From positions 4,774,001 to 4,838,000 of the forward strand of contig OZ176057.1 of the NCBI GenBank assembly GCA_964247055.1: a DNA stretch of 64,000 bases, in the 5' to 3' direction. The first letter of the stretch is position 1; the number at the start of each line of letters is the position of its first letter. Below, piece by piece: positions 50,307 through 63,726 of the stretch. The notes under the pieces are model-generated. The model was not told the DNA's origin, searched no databases, and saw only the letters and a list, made by a program, of their open reading frames with translations. This stretch comes from Paragordius varius. Taxonomy: Eukaryota > Animalia > Nematomorpha. Both the position numbers and the translations under genes were made by a program.

Positions 50307-53300
50307 TTAATTTTTTTCATGACCATGTAAAATTGAACCATTTATATATGGCTTGTGAGGCATAATGCTATTATCGGCACCACTATTAAAACTTAATGAA
50401 TTGATTGTATTGCTTTGTTCTTTTACTATTGTGATATTATCACCATTCTCATTCTCATTATTTTTTGAAGGATTTATTTGATTCGACAAATTCTTAGGGG
50501 GTAACTCCAAATCAATAATTTTATTTTGCACGGTAGGATGTGTTTCAAAATTTGGTACTAATACCCCAGTTATTGCAGTTGCTGTTAAATCAACATTATT
50601 TTGACAGACAGATTGAAATGTTTGCGGTGTTGGTAAGGGTTTAATATTAGAATTAGCAAACGATGACACAATATTTAACAACAATTTAGGGGCTTTGTCA
50701 TTGGTATTCGAGTTATTTTCAGTACTTAAAATATTGCTATTTGGCATATTTGTAGGATTCGTTGCTATCGCTGTTGAAGTAGAAACAAGATGTGTTCTCA
50801 ACAAATAATTTTCAAGCCTTAAATGTTCATTCTGTTCGGCGAGAGATTTCACACAATCCCTCAAATAATCGATTTCACTTTTTACGGCTAATCTAAGGTG
50901 ATTCTTAACTAAATCCTATCATCACAACAATGAAAATTGAAATTATACTAACGCAGACGAAACGTAAACACGCGATAAATATTTTATTTTTCAAAAGTTA
51001 CCAGCTATACTTTATAAAATTCGAGATTATTTTCAAAAAATTACTCATAGTATGAAATAGAGAGGTTAGATAACATAATTAATTATTTTAATTATATAGG
51101 TTATAAAAAACTAGGTTTAAAAAAGTATGGTTTTGGAATAAAATATTAGAGTTTATGTATTTACGTTTTGTCTGTATAATTTTAATTTTTACTGTATATC
51201 ACACAGATATAACAACATTAAGTTTCTCTGATAGGGCAAAAAATTATTCTGTTAATTTAAATTATTTTTGTAAATTCAGATAAAATTAATTTTATTTAAT
51301 TTATATTTACATTGTTACATTTTCTTTTTTTAGTATTCGTCTATGAAAAATTTATAATTATTATATATAATCAGAAACAGTAAAAATCCAGAAGATAAAT
51401 CTTATTTTAGCTAAAGAAAAAAGTTGTAAATTTCAGAACTTTTTGATAAATAGGGATTCTGCAAGTTAACTTTTTTAGATTTTGTAAAAAATATGTTTTA
51501 AATAAAAATATATATGTTAATAATTTACCATTGCCATATTAATTTTGTTGTCAATTTGAGTGTTGATAATTGAATTTGCTGATCTAAATTATAATGAAAG
51601 ATATAGAAAATGCAATGTAGATTTAAATTAGTTTTTTTTTCATAAATGATTGAAGTCTCATAGAGTAAAAATTGAAATTATACGGACAAAACGTAAAATA
51701 TAAAGACAAATACTATTTTCTAAATGGCAATCATACTTTTTAAATCTTGATTATTTGTAAATTATAACTCATTGTTTTAAACAACAAATACTATAGAGAT
51801 GTATATTGGTAACACAATCAATTACATTTAGGGGTTAAAAAAGTATGGTTGTCTTTTGAAAAAAAAAATTTGTCATTATATTTTTACGTTTTGTCCTCGT
51901 ATAATTTCAATTTTTATTGTATAAAAAAATTGGATTAAATTATTAAAAAACTCAAATAAAAACATAAGCATAGCATAATATTAAATACAGATGATAAAAA
52001 ACATACAGCCCTTAAACCAGTTGGCAAAATTAAATAAAATGCATCCTTATTACATATTATTTTCTCTCTACGCTTATGTGAAAGATAAATAATATGTTTA
52101 TTAAATTTTTTTCATATGAAAAACAACCAAAATTACATTTTATGCGTAACATTAAACCCATTAATTTGACTAAAAACACAAAATTGAATAAAATAACTTC
52201 AATATAATGGCTGAATTCTAATGTTTGTATATACCATTTACGTTTCAAAGTCACCCTTAAACCATTCAAATTAACCCTAAAATAAATTTTAACCTTTTAA
52301 AGATTAAAAATTACCTATATTTTTTATATTTTTGAACAAAAAAAAATTTTGTTTAAAATTAAATAATAGTGAAGAAATAATAAACTATGCAATAAAAATA
52401 TATTAATTATTAATGATGAGTTACATTAAAGCCTAAAACACATAATTTATTGTTAGGGTCTATATGAATTATTAACGACCTCCAATACCCCTTTTATGCC
52501 CCATACAAAACAGATCTGATAAATTGTTAACATAGGTAAAAAATTACCATATGAATAAATTTAAATTGTAAAAAACGCGTTTACGATTTCCATATATTAT
52601 CGGTAGTGTTTTTTTATCCCCTTAGCTCTAAATTGTATTCGACTATTAAAACCCAAATTTTCATAAATAATTTTATGCTAAATTTTCAATGATATCATTA
52701 ATCAATTAAAAAATTATGTATACTCCTCATAATTTTTCATGTTATCGTAATCAGCAAGAATAGAGGTGGTATAAGGTTGTGTCAAATACGTGTTTGATGT
52801 AGGTAAATTTGTTGTACCAATGCAATTTTTCGGGCCTCCATTTGAATAACTGCAGTTTTGAGTTATAAATGGTGGTTCTTGAACCATTTTGGTATGGGTT
52901 AAGGGCATAGTTAACCCATATGATAGAGTATTATTAATGATATTGCATGAAGAACAACTAATTGTTAATAATTGTTCAAACAAATTTTGTACTGGTGGAA
53001 TTCTAGTTCCATCATTGGTGAGTTCCCCTAAAACGCTTAAGGTCCCATTATCATTGGGTGGTAGTAAAAGCAATTTATTTGAACTTGTACAAGGATTCGT
53101 TAAAAGGTTATTAATTGAGCACAGTGTGTTAAAAAAAGGTGGATTCAAACTTAATGTTGTATCCAAAAATTTTGTCCTTTCAATATTGTTGAAATTATAA
53201 TTACTAAATTGGGATGATGGTGGTGGAATATACTTTGATTGTTGAATTTGTTGATAATTTGTCGATTCATACGTATTGGGCAAAGTCAAAGAAAATACTG

Positions 53301-54295
53301 GACCAGGTAAACAACCTAACAACAATACAATCTATAATAATATTTTTGAAAACTAAATTTGAATAAAATACTTCATTAAACAGACTAATAAAGTTAAAAA
53401 AAGGTGGATAATAAAGTGTATGACCTTTAAAAAAGTATCTTTTTGCATAAGAAAAATACTTTACTTGACATTATTTGATTTGGGAAGGAAGCATATAAAT
53501 TGTCACGTTGTTGTGAACCACATATAGTATATGACGGTAAAGATGACGAAGTGTCGAAATTCAGATTTTCAAAATTTTGAGTACTTACGCTTACAGATTT
53601 CTTTCCAGTCTCTGAGTTTAAATCACTTATTGCTGGTAAGGCTACTTTAGATAAAAGATTATTTTTGGTACTATTCACATTAGAGAGGGCAGTTATTTTT
53701 GTAACGGAGTTTGTAAGCGTGTTTGTTAATTGAAAATCTGGAAGACTGATGGAAACGGTAGTAAGGGATTGTTTAACAAGAGTATGATTACCAATTATTG
53801 CATTGGCATAATTGAGGAATGAGGCATCTTTACAAACCCAACGGCCTTTGTTATATGGGATTTCAGTGGGTATTTTAACAATTTTAAAACGCGCCGGATT
53901 TTTAACACCACTTAAATTTTGGGTGCCGTTAGAATGCGACGACACTATCGTTGTAATTGGTGGCAGTTTAATAGGTACGTCTGGAATGGAGTTTGTTTTA
54001 GCATTAGCGTTTATCATATTGTTACCTGATATATAAGAAAAACAAAAATACTTTCGGATTTAGCGATAGAAATATTTTCAGGCACAACCTTTGTCGAATG
54101 AGTTTCAAAATTTTCGATTTCTTGCGATGTAATTGGAATCGGTGGTAAAGTATCCTCGTGGACACTAGTTATTTGAAAATAACTCTTTTTTATAGTCGTA
54201 TTCGCAGTGGTCATAGCAGTGGTGCATTCCCCTAGTTGAGATGATGGCAAACTAGGGTTATGGATTTTATCGGATTCGAGTTTGTCTTTTTCCAT
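50307..54295 (-). CDS. TSC22 domain family protein (bunched/TSC22D-like), long isoform
   Basis: Exons on -: 54295-54052, 54025 (or 53980)-53460, 53331-52724, 51583-51529, 50915-50307, all phase-consistent. Long-isoform motifs KKSYFQITSV and RFKIVKIPTEIPYNKGRWVCKD. TSC box and leucine zipper IDNKINMAMDLVKNHLRLAVKSEIDYLRDCVKSLAEQNEHLRLENYLLR. The start codon is the first in-frame ATG; an upstream exon cannot be excluded. Confidence 0.9.
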
Positions 54296-55767
54296 TTCTG
54301 CTGGCACAAGTTTTTTCACATGTTCGCTTATATGCAATAGTCAAAAGCTGTTTTATTCGAAATAAAATATAATACTTTAACAATTGGATACAACACATTC
54401 ATTTTAGTCTTTAATTGGGGTCGTTGGATACCCCAGGACTGTATAATATTTAATATTTGAAAAAAAAAGTTTGCACTTGATAACATTAAAGAACCGAAAA
54501 AATTTTAAAACTTCATTTATGTATTTTAAAATATATATTTAAGGAAAAGTTTTAACATAAAATATGTGTATTAGGTAAATTTATAAACAATATAAAATAA
54601 GCCACTCTGTTTCTATTATAGTTAGAAGTATTCATATAAATACTTTATTAAATTTCAATAAACACAATATTTTGCTAAATTGCTGTAATATAAGAATGTC
54701 GTCAAGTAGTTCGATATGGATTTTTTTAACTATATAACTTAGATTTGCTTATCTATATTAAATAGAATTAACACTATATTAAATATAATCTGGTGTTAGG
54801 CATTCCGATTTCATAATTATAAATTGCCAAACACTTCAAGGTTAAGATATTGATCTTTTATAACCATTGTGGAATAAATTTACAGTTGAAACTATTCATT
54901 TTACTCTCCATTAAGTAATATTTCTTAATATATGTTATATAAAATAAAACCAAAACCTTCAATTTTTTTATTTTAAAATGAAGTAATTCCAATAAATTGT
55001 ATTAAAATAACTTTTGTTAAAATAGTTTCTCTGTAAAAATATTTGACTTTTTTAATGGTTGAAAATTTTGACCATAACCCAAATAAATTTTACATCAGAT
55101 TGTTTTAAATGACTAACTACCATTCGAAAGATAGATTTTTTTGCGCTCTTTCGATTAATAATTTTACATGGCTCCATATCAAATACTGTTTGAAAATTTG
55201 AGATCTATGTAAAATCGGGGCCAAAAATCTTCGCTAATCCTACAAAAAAATCTTAGTGTTAGACCATTTTTTCTATTTAATATACTTTGAAATAAATTAA
55301 ATTTATAGAAATGGCAGTAAAAAAGTTGAAAATTTTATCTAGTGTTACTACTACTTTAAAGAATAATTTACATTTATTTGTCTGTTGGATCAGCTTTTTA
55401 ATACCTCGATTTGGGGTATCTAGGTTAAAATATTTAAGGTGATATATTTATAAAACTATTGAAAAAAACAGTTCCAATTTAATATATGCTTCTATCCTAA
55501 TGAATGTATTGACAAAATATCTTAATAAAATTTATTATAAGAAAAAAAGTTCCTTATTAAACAACTTTGCCAATTATATTATGCAACATTTTCAGAAAAT
55601 ATCGTATATATTTTTATCGAAGCCTAAAATATTACTTTTTTAAATAAACACATCTAAAATGGTATGAACAAAAAACTTGGTATATTTTGGTTTTTTATTA
55701 TATTAATACACATATGTCGTCATGGCTATATTTTTACCTTTGGGTTTTAGCTCTGAATAGGTACTAT

Positions 55768-55916
55768 ACCATTTCCCAGTCTAAGTAAACGTTTTCCCAG
55801 TCAATCGAAACATTTTCCCAGTCAATCGAAACGTTTTCCCAGTCAATCGAAACATTTTCCTAGTCAATAAAAACATTTTCCCAATCAATAAAAACGTTTT
55901 CCCAGTCAATAAAAAC
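55768..55916. repeat. 21-bp tandem repeat, about 7 copies (GTTTTCCCAGTCAATCGAAAC)
   Basis: Head-to-tail units without spacers, starting directly after TATACCATTT. Confidence 0.9.
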
Positions 55917-57223
55917 GGTGTTATTTTTGATGATAAATATCAAAACAAGAATATAAAAACAACTTTTAACTTTAGAATTATGCTTAAAAAGCTAAGCAAG
56001 GCAATTTTTAAATTACGCTTAATATCTTTTTAAGATTCAAAAAATGGCTTTGGGAGATAAAACTACCCAAAAAGTATTGGAGTGTTAAACTTTTTATACT
56101 TCGTTTTAAAAAACGGATGCGTCGGTGTCTCCTTTCTGGAACGGTGATGATTAGGTTGTGCTGACCAAGTCATGACCAGGTTAGTGACTATTTATTTTTT
56201 GACCATGGTCATATAAAATAACAGCTGTTTTCTGAAAAATTGCTGGTAGAGAGTTAGTAAGATTATAATGTTTTTTTATATATTTTTAAAAAAAAAATTT
56301 ATTGAAATTTTCTTATTTAAAAATATAAATTGTTAAACATGCATCTTTATAACATTATCATTTAACCATATCCAGTCATTTCAAAAAACAAAACAAAGCA
56401 CTTTTCAAAATATCCAATTATTCCATATGTGTGAACCAATAAAATCCAAAAAACAATTTATAATAGTTCAATGATGAAAGAAATTGTAAAACAAAATAGG
56501 TAAAATTATATTTGAAAGATCCAATATTAAAGCTATGTATTTGAAGATTCAGAAAGCCACAAACATGTGGCAAAATTTATTTGAAAACAAAATTCTTAGA
56601 TTAAATTTAATTGAAATGTTTGTATGTATAATACAAACTCATTACATTAATAGGGAAACGCAAGTGTCGTTCGAACATTATTTTCGCAATCCAATATCGA
56701 ATGGTATTTACTTAGGTACTGACTGGGTCTGGCCGGACTTTTCTGAAAAAGCAGTCAAATGCACAACCCTTGTGATGATGTTACTGTAGACACAAAAAAT
56801 ATGATATAACTGCTCCGTATCGGAAAATACAAAATATGGACATATAATATTTAATAAATTTTTTGCGTGAAAATGCTTTATTAAAAAAGTATCAATATAT
56901 TATAAAAAAAATTACATGAAATGATTTTCAAATGTATGTTCCTAAAACCCCTGTTTTATTCACTTCCAAAATAGGATAGTTTTTTTAAATAACTTGAAGA
57001 GTAGAAATATCACGATAAATATTGATTAGATGCGATTGGCATCAAAGTTTATTCCAAAAAAATATTTTGCTCTAAATATTTGTTTATGGCAAAATTTAGT
57101 TAATGTATTTGATATTTTGAATGATTGGGTTTTAAAATAATTTAATCACTTTTTCTGTATAATTCCACAGTGTACGAAATCGGGGCTCATTAAAAAATCT
57201 TTTGATAAAATATATATATATTT

Positions 57224-58050
57224 ATGTATCTGGATTATCATGGTGTATTTGGTTTTGGCCCTTACTGTGTTTACGCTTTGGTACTAAGCTCCATAATGGC
57301 AAATATTGAGCACATTATTTGTAATAAATTTCCCTTAATGAAAGCTAAAGGCTTCATTCTAAAAATATCATTAAATTATATCATAAACTACTTATAAAAA
57401 GCAAAACGATATTTTTATATTTTAATTTTTAGATGGGGTTCCGAAGGTCCCTTTTTTTCTCTTCTAAAACGGCCTGTTTTTTAAAATAAACGCTAAAAGG
57501 GTTGAATTTCACAATAAAGTTTAAACATATCCTTGACATAAAAAATTAAAAATGCATAGTTTTAGAAAAATTCGATTCTTAGCAATAGGTTGCTGACGCG
57601 TACTTATTACTATTTTTAGGCATGATGGAGACGGTATAAAAACGCTTTTAGATATTATAGAAAAAAACCCTCAACCTATATAATTCGATATGCAATATCT
57701 CTAACACCTCAGAATTTTGATTAAAATATTCGTTCGTTTTCAATCTGTGAAATAAAAATTGCATTATTTTACAAATATACATGAAAATAGCAAATACAAC
57801 TTTATATTAAAATTATGAAGCGAGATTAATTTAATAAAATTGTTTTTTTTTGTTTCCATCCTCAAAATAGTGTCAGTTACGCTTCAAAAATGTTTTGCTA
57901 AAAATTATCTTTTTGATAAAAGTATGCATTTTTTAAAAAATATTTTTAATTGATATCAAAATTTAGCATATTTATTTGCCTATTCATGTGTTTAAAAAAT
58001 AAATAAAAAAAAGAGGCCGTGAAAAAGTGAGATATGAGGATTTTTTACTT
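57224..58050. mobile_element. Diverged partial copy of the 60774-61859 element, opposite orientation
   Basis: Shared blocks ATGTATC..GTTTTGGCCCT, GCTAAA.GCTTCA, AGATG.GG.TCCGAA, CGCTTTTAGATAT and TCAGAATTTT match the reverse complement of about 61000-61859. Confidence 0.6.
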
Positions 58051-58936
58051 TAAACTTGGCCCAATGTTAAAATTATTTTTAAATTTATAACCCTATAAAA
58101 CTACGTTAAACATATTAAATAATTTTTTATAGATATTCAAATTAGATGCGGGCTTTAACAGTCTTTTATATTTAATCTCCCATAAAATATACTAATTTAC
58201 CTAAAATAAGCAATAATACAAGTTTTAAATTAAATTTTCGGTTTATGGTATGGCATCAAAAAATTGAAAAAATGTTTTTATAAAAAAATTTTCCCCAAAA
58301 TTTTGTTGAACCTAATTCGTTTTAGATAAGGTTTCTAATATCTTTGTTACAAATATATTTTTAATTATTAAATAATTAATTTCGTGGTTTGTCCTTTTTA
58401 ATCAAACTGCTATCTGTTGTTGTGCTATATTTATGAAGATACTTAGTTATATTCAAAGTTTCGGTAAAAAAATTCCCAAAATTTTTATTCATAACTAAGG
58501 GTTATTATGAATTATATTTATTGTGAATATATTAATATGCATAATGATAATACAGTAACATCAGTATATATACATTGTATTTCTATTTTATATTGTCGGA
58601 AAGCATGTGCAACGAGTAATAATATTTCAAGAAATAACTAGAAACAATTGCCCTTTGTTTTATAGGCAATGCAGTAATTTAATGTAAAACTAGAAATATA
58701 CTTAATCATTCTGCATATTGATCATGGAAGCGATTTCGGTTTATTAATACCTTCTTTAGCTATTGTTGTTATTAATTAATATAGGTTCCACGCTTAATTT
58801 AAGGATCTAATAATAACCGATTGAGCTGATCATCAGTTTTAGGCTAATTTAGTAAGGATTCAAAGATATATTTACAAAGAGATATAGTAAATCTCATTGT
58901 TAGGAATTACATTTTCACTTTTTTTAATGGATGATA

Positions 58937-60770
58937 TTATGGAGGAACTGATGTTTTCTCGCGATATGTCGTTGAAATTTTCTCTGCTGATTCGAGTGTT
59001 TGGTACTCCTCAAGAATATGTGGAACAAGTGGTGTGGTTGGCTCAGAGTTGAGTGAATTGATGTTTGCCATGGTTTGATTAGTGATTTTGTTAATAGAGT
59101 CATGATTATCAGATGTTTGGTCTTTATTAAAATCATTATTGGAAGTGACATTTTCTATGTTATTGGTTAATATTGTGGAGGAAATATTTTCCACTGATGT
59201 TGTATCGCGATCAGTGGATAGTATATCTGGGAAAGTGGTCGTCCCTTGAAATGTGGCCTCTGGTGTTTTAACAGTTTGGTCTTTCAATATTGGAATATCT
59301 ACGAAATGAGTCATGGTTGGCTCTGGATTGAGCGATTTGTGATTGCTGTCGTTCGATCAGAAATTTCGCTAACAGAAAAGTCAAGTTTATCAGATACTGG
59401 CTCTTTGTTAAATTTATTATGAGTCGTGACATTTTCTATGTTATTGGGTAATATTCTGAAGGAAATATTTTCACTGATGTTATATCGCGATCAGTGTCTG
59501 AGAAAGTGGTCGTCTCTTGAAACGTAGCATTGTCTGTTTTAACCGTTTGGTCCTCTAATATCGGAACCTAAAACAAGTGTTGGTTGCTGGAATGAGCGAT
59601 TCCGTGATTATTATCGTTTGATCAGAGATTATCAGAGGAGATAAAATTATCAGATATTTGGTCTTTATTATAATCATTATTGGTAGTGACATTTTCTATG
59701 TTTTTTGGTAATAGTGAGAAGGAAATATTTTTTACTGATGCTATATCGCGATCAGTGGATAGGATGTCTGACAAAGTAGTCGTCTCTTAAAATGTATTCT
59801 CTGGTATTTTAACCGTTTGGTCCTCCAATATCTGAATATCTGCAAAACGAGTGGTGGTTAGCTCTGGATACTTGAGCGAAGCCATCGTTTCCATCGTTTG
59901 ATCGATGATTTTGTTAACAGAGGAGTAAAAATTCAGATATTTGGTCCTTATTAAAATCACTTTTGGTAGTGACATTTCTATGTTTTTGGGTAATAGTGTA
60001 CGGAAAATATTTTCTACTGATGTTAAATCGCAATCAGGGGATAGAATGTCTGACAAAGTGGTCGTCTCTTGAAATGTAGCTTTGTCTGGTGTTTTAACAA
60101 TTTGATCCTGCAATGTCTGAATATCTGCAAAACAAGTGGTTGGCTCTGGATACTTGAGCGAATCCGTGACTATTGTTTGATCAATGATTTTGTTAACAGA
60201 GACGTCATGTATATCAGATGTTTGGTCTTTATTAAAATCATTATTGGTAGTGACATTTTTTATGTTATTAGGCGATGTTATCTGCGAAATGAGTCATGGT
60301 TCTGGATTGAGCGATTCTGTTATTGCTGTCGTTCGAACTGAAATTTTGCTAACAGAAAGGTCAGGATTATCAGATACTGGCTCTTTCTTAAATTCATTAT
60401 TAGTAATGGCATTTTCTATGTTATTGGGTAATATTGTGGAGAAAATATTTTATACGGATGTTATATCGCGATCAGTGGATAAAATTGTGAAAGTGGTCGT
60501 CTTTTGAAATGTAGCTTTCTGTGGTGTTTTAACAGTTTGATCCTCCAATATCTGAATATCTTCAAAACGAGTGGTGGTTAGCTCTGGATACTTAAGCAAA
60601 TTCGTCATTGCCATTGTTTGATCAGTCATTTTGTTAACATAGGAATCATGATATCAGATATTTGGTCTTTATTAAAATCAGTTTTGGTAATGATCTATGT
60701 TATTGGTGAATGGAGGAAATGTTTTCCACTAATATATATCGCGATCAAAGGATATAATATTTGCGAAAGT
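58937..60770 (-). pseudogene. Decayed tandem coding repeat, Thr/Ser/Asn/Asp-rich (mucin-like), about 6 units of about 270 bp
   Basis: Anchor ATCGCGATC recurs at 59204, 59484, 59745, 60027, 60465 and 60738. Minus-strand translation repeats ILEDQTVKTP..ATFQ.TTT..DILSTDRD.TSVENI.ST.L.NNIENVT.NNDFNKDQ.SD. Frameshifts and a GAA>TAA stop near 60451. Confidence 0.6.
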
Positions 60771-60773
60771 GGT

Positions 60774-61859
60774 ATGTATCAGAGTTATCATGTTGGTTTT
60801 GGCCCTCATGAAGAAAGATATTTAAAATTTTGCTGTTGCTCCATATCCGAAAATGGCAAAATTTGCGTACAAAAACTAAAGTTTTTTTGGTTAACTAAAT
60901 TCTTTATTTAAAAAAATATCCCTAAAATATATCACAAGCTACCTATAAAAAGGATAAAAATACTTTTAAAAAATTTATTTTTTTGAAGGGGGAACTAAAA
61001 GTTCCATATTTTTTGCCCTTTTTAAAATGGGCTAATTATCTCAAAATAAAAGCAAAAATGCCGAGATTGTGAAACAAAAAATATAAATTTATAATTTTTA
61101 ATATCAACCAAAAATATTTTAAATCGATCCCTTTTCAAAAATAATTTTTGAAAAAATTTTGGTGAAACGTACTTTATACTATTTTTAAGTACAATAGAAA
61201 CGGAAAAACACTTTTATTATAAAAACCCTTTTTCAATATTATTTAATGATGCTGAAAATTTCACCTCGGAATTAAGATAAATATATTCCTTCATCTTCAA
61301 ATTAATGCTAATTATAAAATGCGTTTCTTTACTAAAATCAGCAAAATTTCCTAAATTAAAATTCTGAAGCGATAGAAATGTGCATTATTATATAAGAAAG
61401 TTTTTATGATATCTAAAAGCGTTTTAACGTCTCCAGCAGGCCTTAGTACGCTTAAAAAACCTTTTCTATAATATAAATCTTTAAAAGTATGCATTTAAAA
61501 ATTGTTATTTTTTGATGTCAAAATTTTATATATTAAAAAGTTTTATCAAGGAATTCCGTCATTTTTGCCTTTATTTTAAGGAAACTAACCAATTTTAGAA
61601 AATCGAAGAAATATGCGTTCGGAGCCCACATCTAAAAATTAAGATTTAATAAAAAAAATTGTTTTGCTTTTTATAGATAGGTGTATTATTTTTTGATATT
61701 TTTTGGATTGAAGCATTTAGCTTTATCTAATAAAATTTTATTATAAAGTGCGCAATTTTGCCATTTTTTGATATGGAGCACATACCACAAAAGTGAAAAT
61801 AACTTTCTTATATCACTCGGAAGGGCCAAAACAAAAGCACCATAAATATCCTGATACAT
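60774..61859. mobile_element. About 1.1-kb TIR element truncating the tandem array
   Basis: ATGTATC...GATACAT ends with imperfect TIRs of more than 100 bp (GTTTTGGCCCT...GCTCCATATC..AAATGGCAAAATT.GCG and its complement at 61745-61859). Confidence 0.65.
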
Positions 61860-62440
61860 TTTCCTATCGAATAAATATAATCAGGTTTTTTATAACCTTG
61901 GAGGAAGCAGTCTTATGAGTGTTTTCAACACAGTGGTCACCAAAAAATTTGATAGCTCTGCAAATAATATTATCTTGTCTATAGGGCCGTTCACTATATA
62001 ATATCGATAAAAATTTTCTAGTTTACACCATTTGCTAGTTAAAATCAAATTAAATACCATAAAATCTAATAAATGGTACAAGGGCATAGAAAAGCACTTT
62101 GAGGGCCGCGGTTTAGTATTATTGATCTAACATATATTAAAACTGCTGAATTTAATTCGTACTTTAGGCAAATATATTAAAAAATTACCTCTAAACATAA
62201 TTTATGTTAGATAATTATTGATTTAGAAACTTCAGGCAAAAAATTAATTTATTATTTGACAAATATTTATAGACATTTTAATATTTGACTAATAAAAAAT
62301 AACACATTGATTTACTTTCTTCGTCATAATAGTATGGTAATATTATTTGCAAGACAAAAAGGCAATGCTTTCATTTCTCAACTTCAGTCAAAAAATTTAA
62401 GTTATAAATGTGTAAAATTGACTCTAGGTTAAAGGTAATA

Positions 62441-62460
<20 letters not shown>

Positions 62461-62491
<31 letters not shown>
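62461..62491. repeat. (TA)n microsatellite; representative of many (e.g. 1828-1855, 6136-6164, 6714-6742, 7163-7206, 8059-8094, 24612-24640)
   Basis: Direct reading of the sequence. Confidence 0.95.
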
Positions 62492-62494
<3 letters not shown>

Positions 62495-62497
<3 letters not shown>

Positions 62498-63726
62498 TGT
62501 GTGCAAAAAAGAGGGTCATTTTGATTTAACGAAAAAATGTTTTTCATGAGATAGCTTATGACCAGCGTATTCATTTGCCGCAAAAAATTTTATTTGTTGA
62601 CAACCTAGTTTTTGAAATATTGAGAGAAAATCGAAATCGGGCAAAAAGTAAAAATTAAGAATTAAGGATAATTCAAAAAATAATGATAAAATTTAAAATA
62701 TTATGGTTTATTATCAGATATTTTTAATATATAAATAGCCTAAATTCATATAGTGGGTTTTTATTTAGGGTCAAAAAATGGCGTTTTTCTTTTATTTTAC
62801 TTAAAAGACAATAAATTTAATGAAACTATATTAAAATAATTTTTTTTAATTATTTACTACCTAAACTCACTAATCTTAACATTCATATTTTATTAAAATA
62901 AACTTCTATATCAAAAAAACCAAAAATATTGGTTTTTATTTTTGCATTTTTTGTCATCTGGTTTATGAGTGTATAAAAAATTTATACTGTTTTATTTTGG
63001 ATTCTTAAATGAGTGGGGATTAAGTATATAATTTATGCAAAATAGGTTGAAAATTAGTGTATCAACCAACAATCTTACGATTTCCTGTAACAAGTCTGTT
63101 TTATGACAACTTAATATTTGTATTGGGATTTGTACGGATTGTTGGTTGATATTCCACTAATTTTCAATCCTGTTTTGCATAAATTATATAATTAATTATT
63201 CCCACTCATTTAAGAATCCAAAATAAAACAGTATAAATTTTTTAAACACTCATAAACCAGATGACAAAAAAATGCAAAAATAAAAAACAATATTTTTGGT
63301 TTTATTTTGATATATAAGTTTATTTTACTGAATAAAATATGATTATTAAGATTTTAATAGTTAGGTAGTAAATAATCAAAAAAAAATATTTTACTATAGT
63401 TTCATTTAATTTTTGTCTTTTGTGAAAGAAAAACGCCATCTTTTGACCTGAAATTTTATAGAAACCCTAACAATATGATTTTAGGCTATTTATATATTGA
63501 AAATATCTCCTAAAAGGATAATAATTCATAATATTTCAAATTTTATCATTATATTTTATCCTTAATTATTTTTAATTTTCACTTTTTGCCCGATTTCGAT
63601 TTTCTTTCAATATTTCAAAAACTAGGGTGTCAACAAATAAAAATTTTTGCGGCAAATGAATACGCTGGTCATTAGCTATCTCATGAAAAAAAAATATTTT
63701 CGTTAAAAATTTTTTTGCACACAGTG
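62495..63726. mobile_element. About 1.23-kb near-palindromic foldback element (TA|CACTGTG...CACAGTG|TA)
   Basis: Arms of about 590 bp are highly complementary around a spacer of about 50 bp near 63085-63135. TA on both sides. Same terminal motif as the 39861-41965 element. Confidence 0.9.

Noticed and set aside
52889-54036. Plus-strand ORFs 52889-53200 and 53812-54036
   Set aside because: They are antisense shadows of TSC22 coding exons.
55768-55916. CRISPR-like regular repeats; also a 13-nt match to the M13(-40) primer (GTTTTCCCAGTCA)
   Set aside because: Units are head-to-tail with no spacers, in a eukaryotic context with no cas genes. The primer match stops before CGAC, is tandemly repeated and has no vector sequence around it.
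56765-56830. Possible C/D snoRNA (GTGATGA box C)
   Set aside because: No suitably placed box D or terminal stem.
57180-61900. One giant foldback element carrying the mucin-like array as cargo
   Set aside because: 60774-61859 has its own TIR pair, so two separate copies in opposite orientation is the simpler reading.
61890-62087. 65-aa minus-strand ORF as the missing 5' end of the mucin-like gene
   Set aside because: No signal peptide, repeat similarity or splice support.
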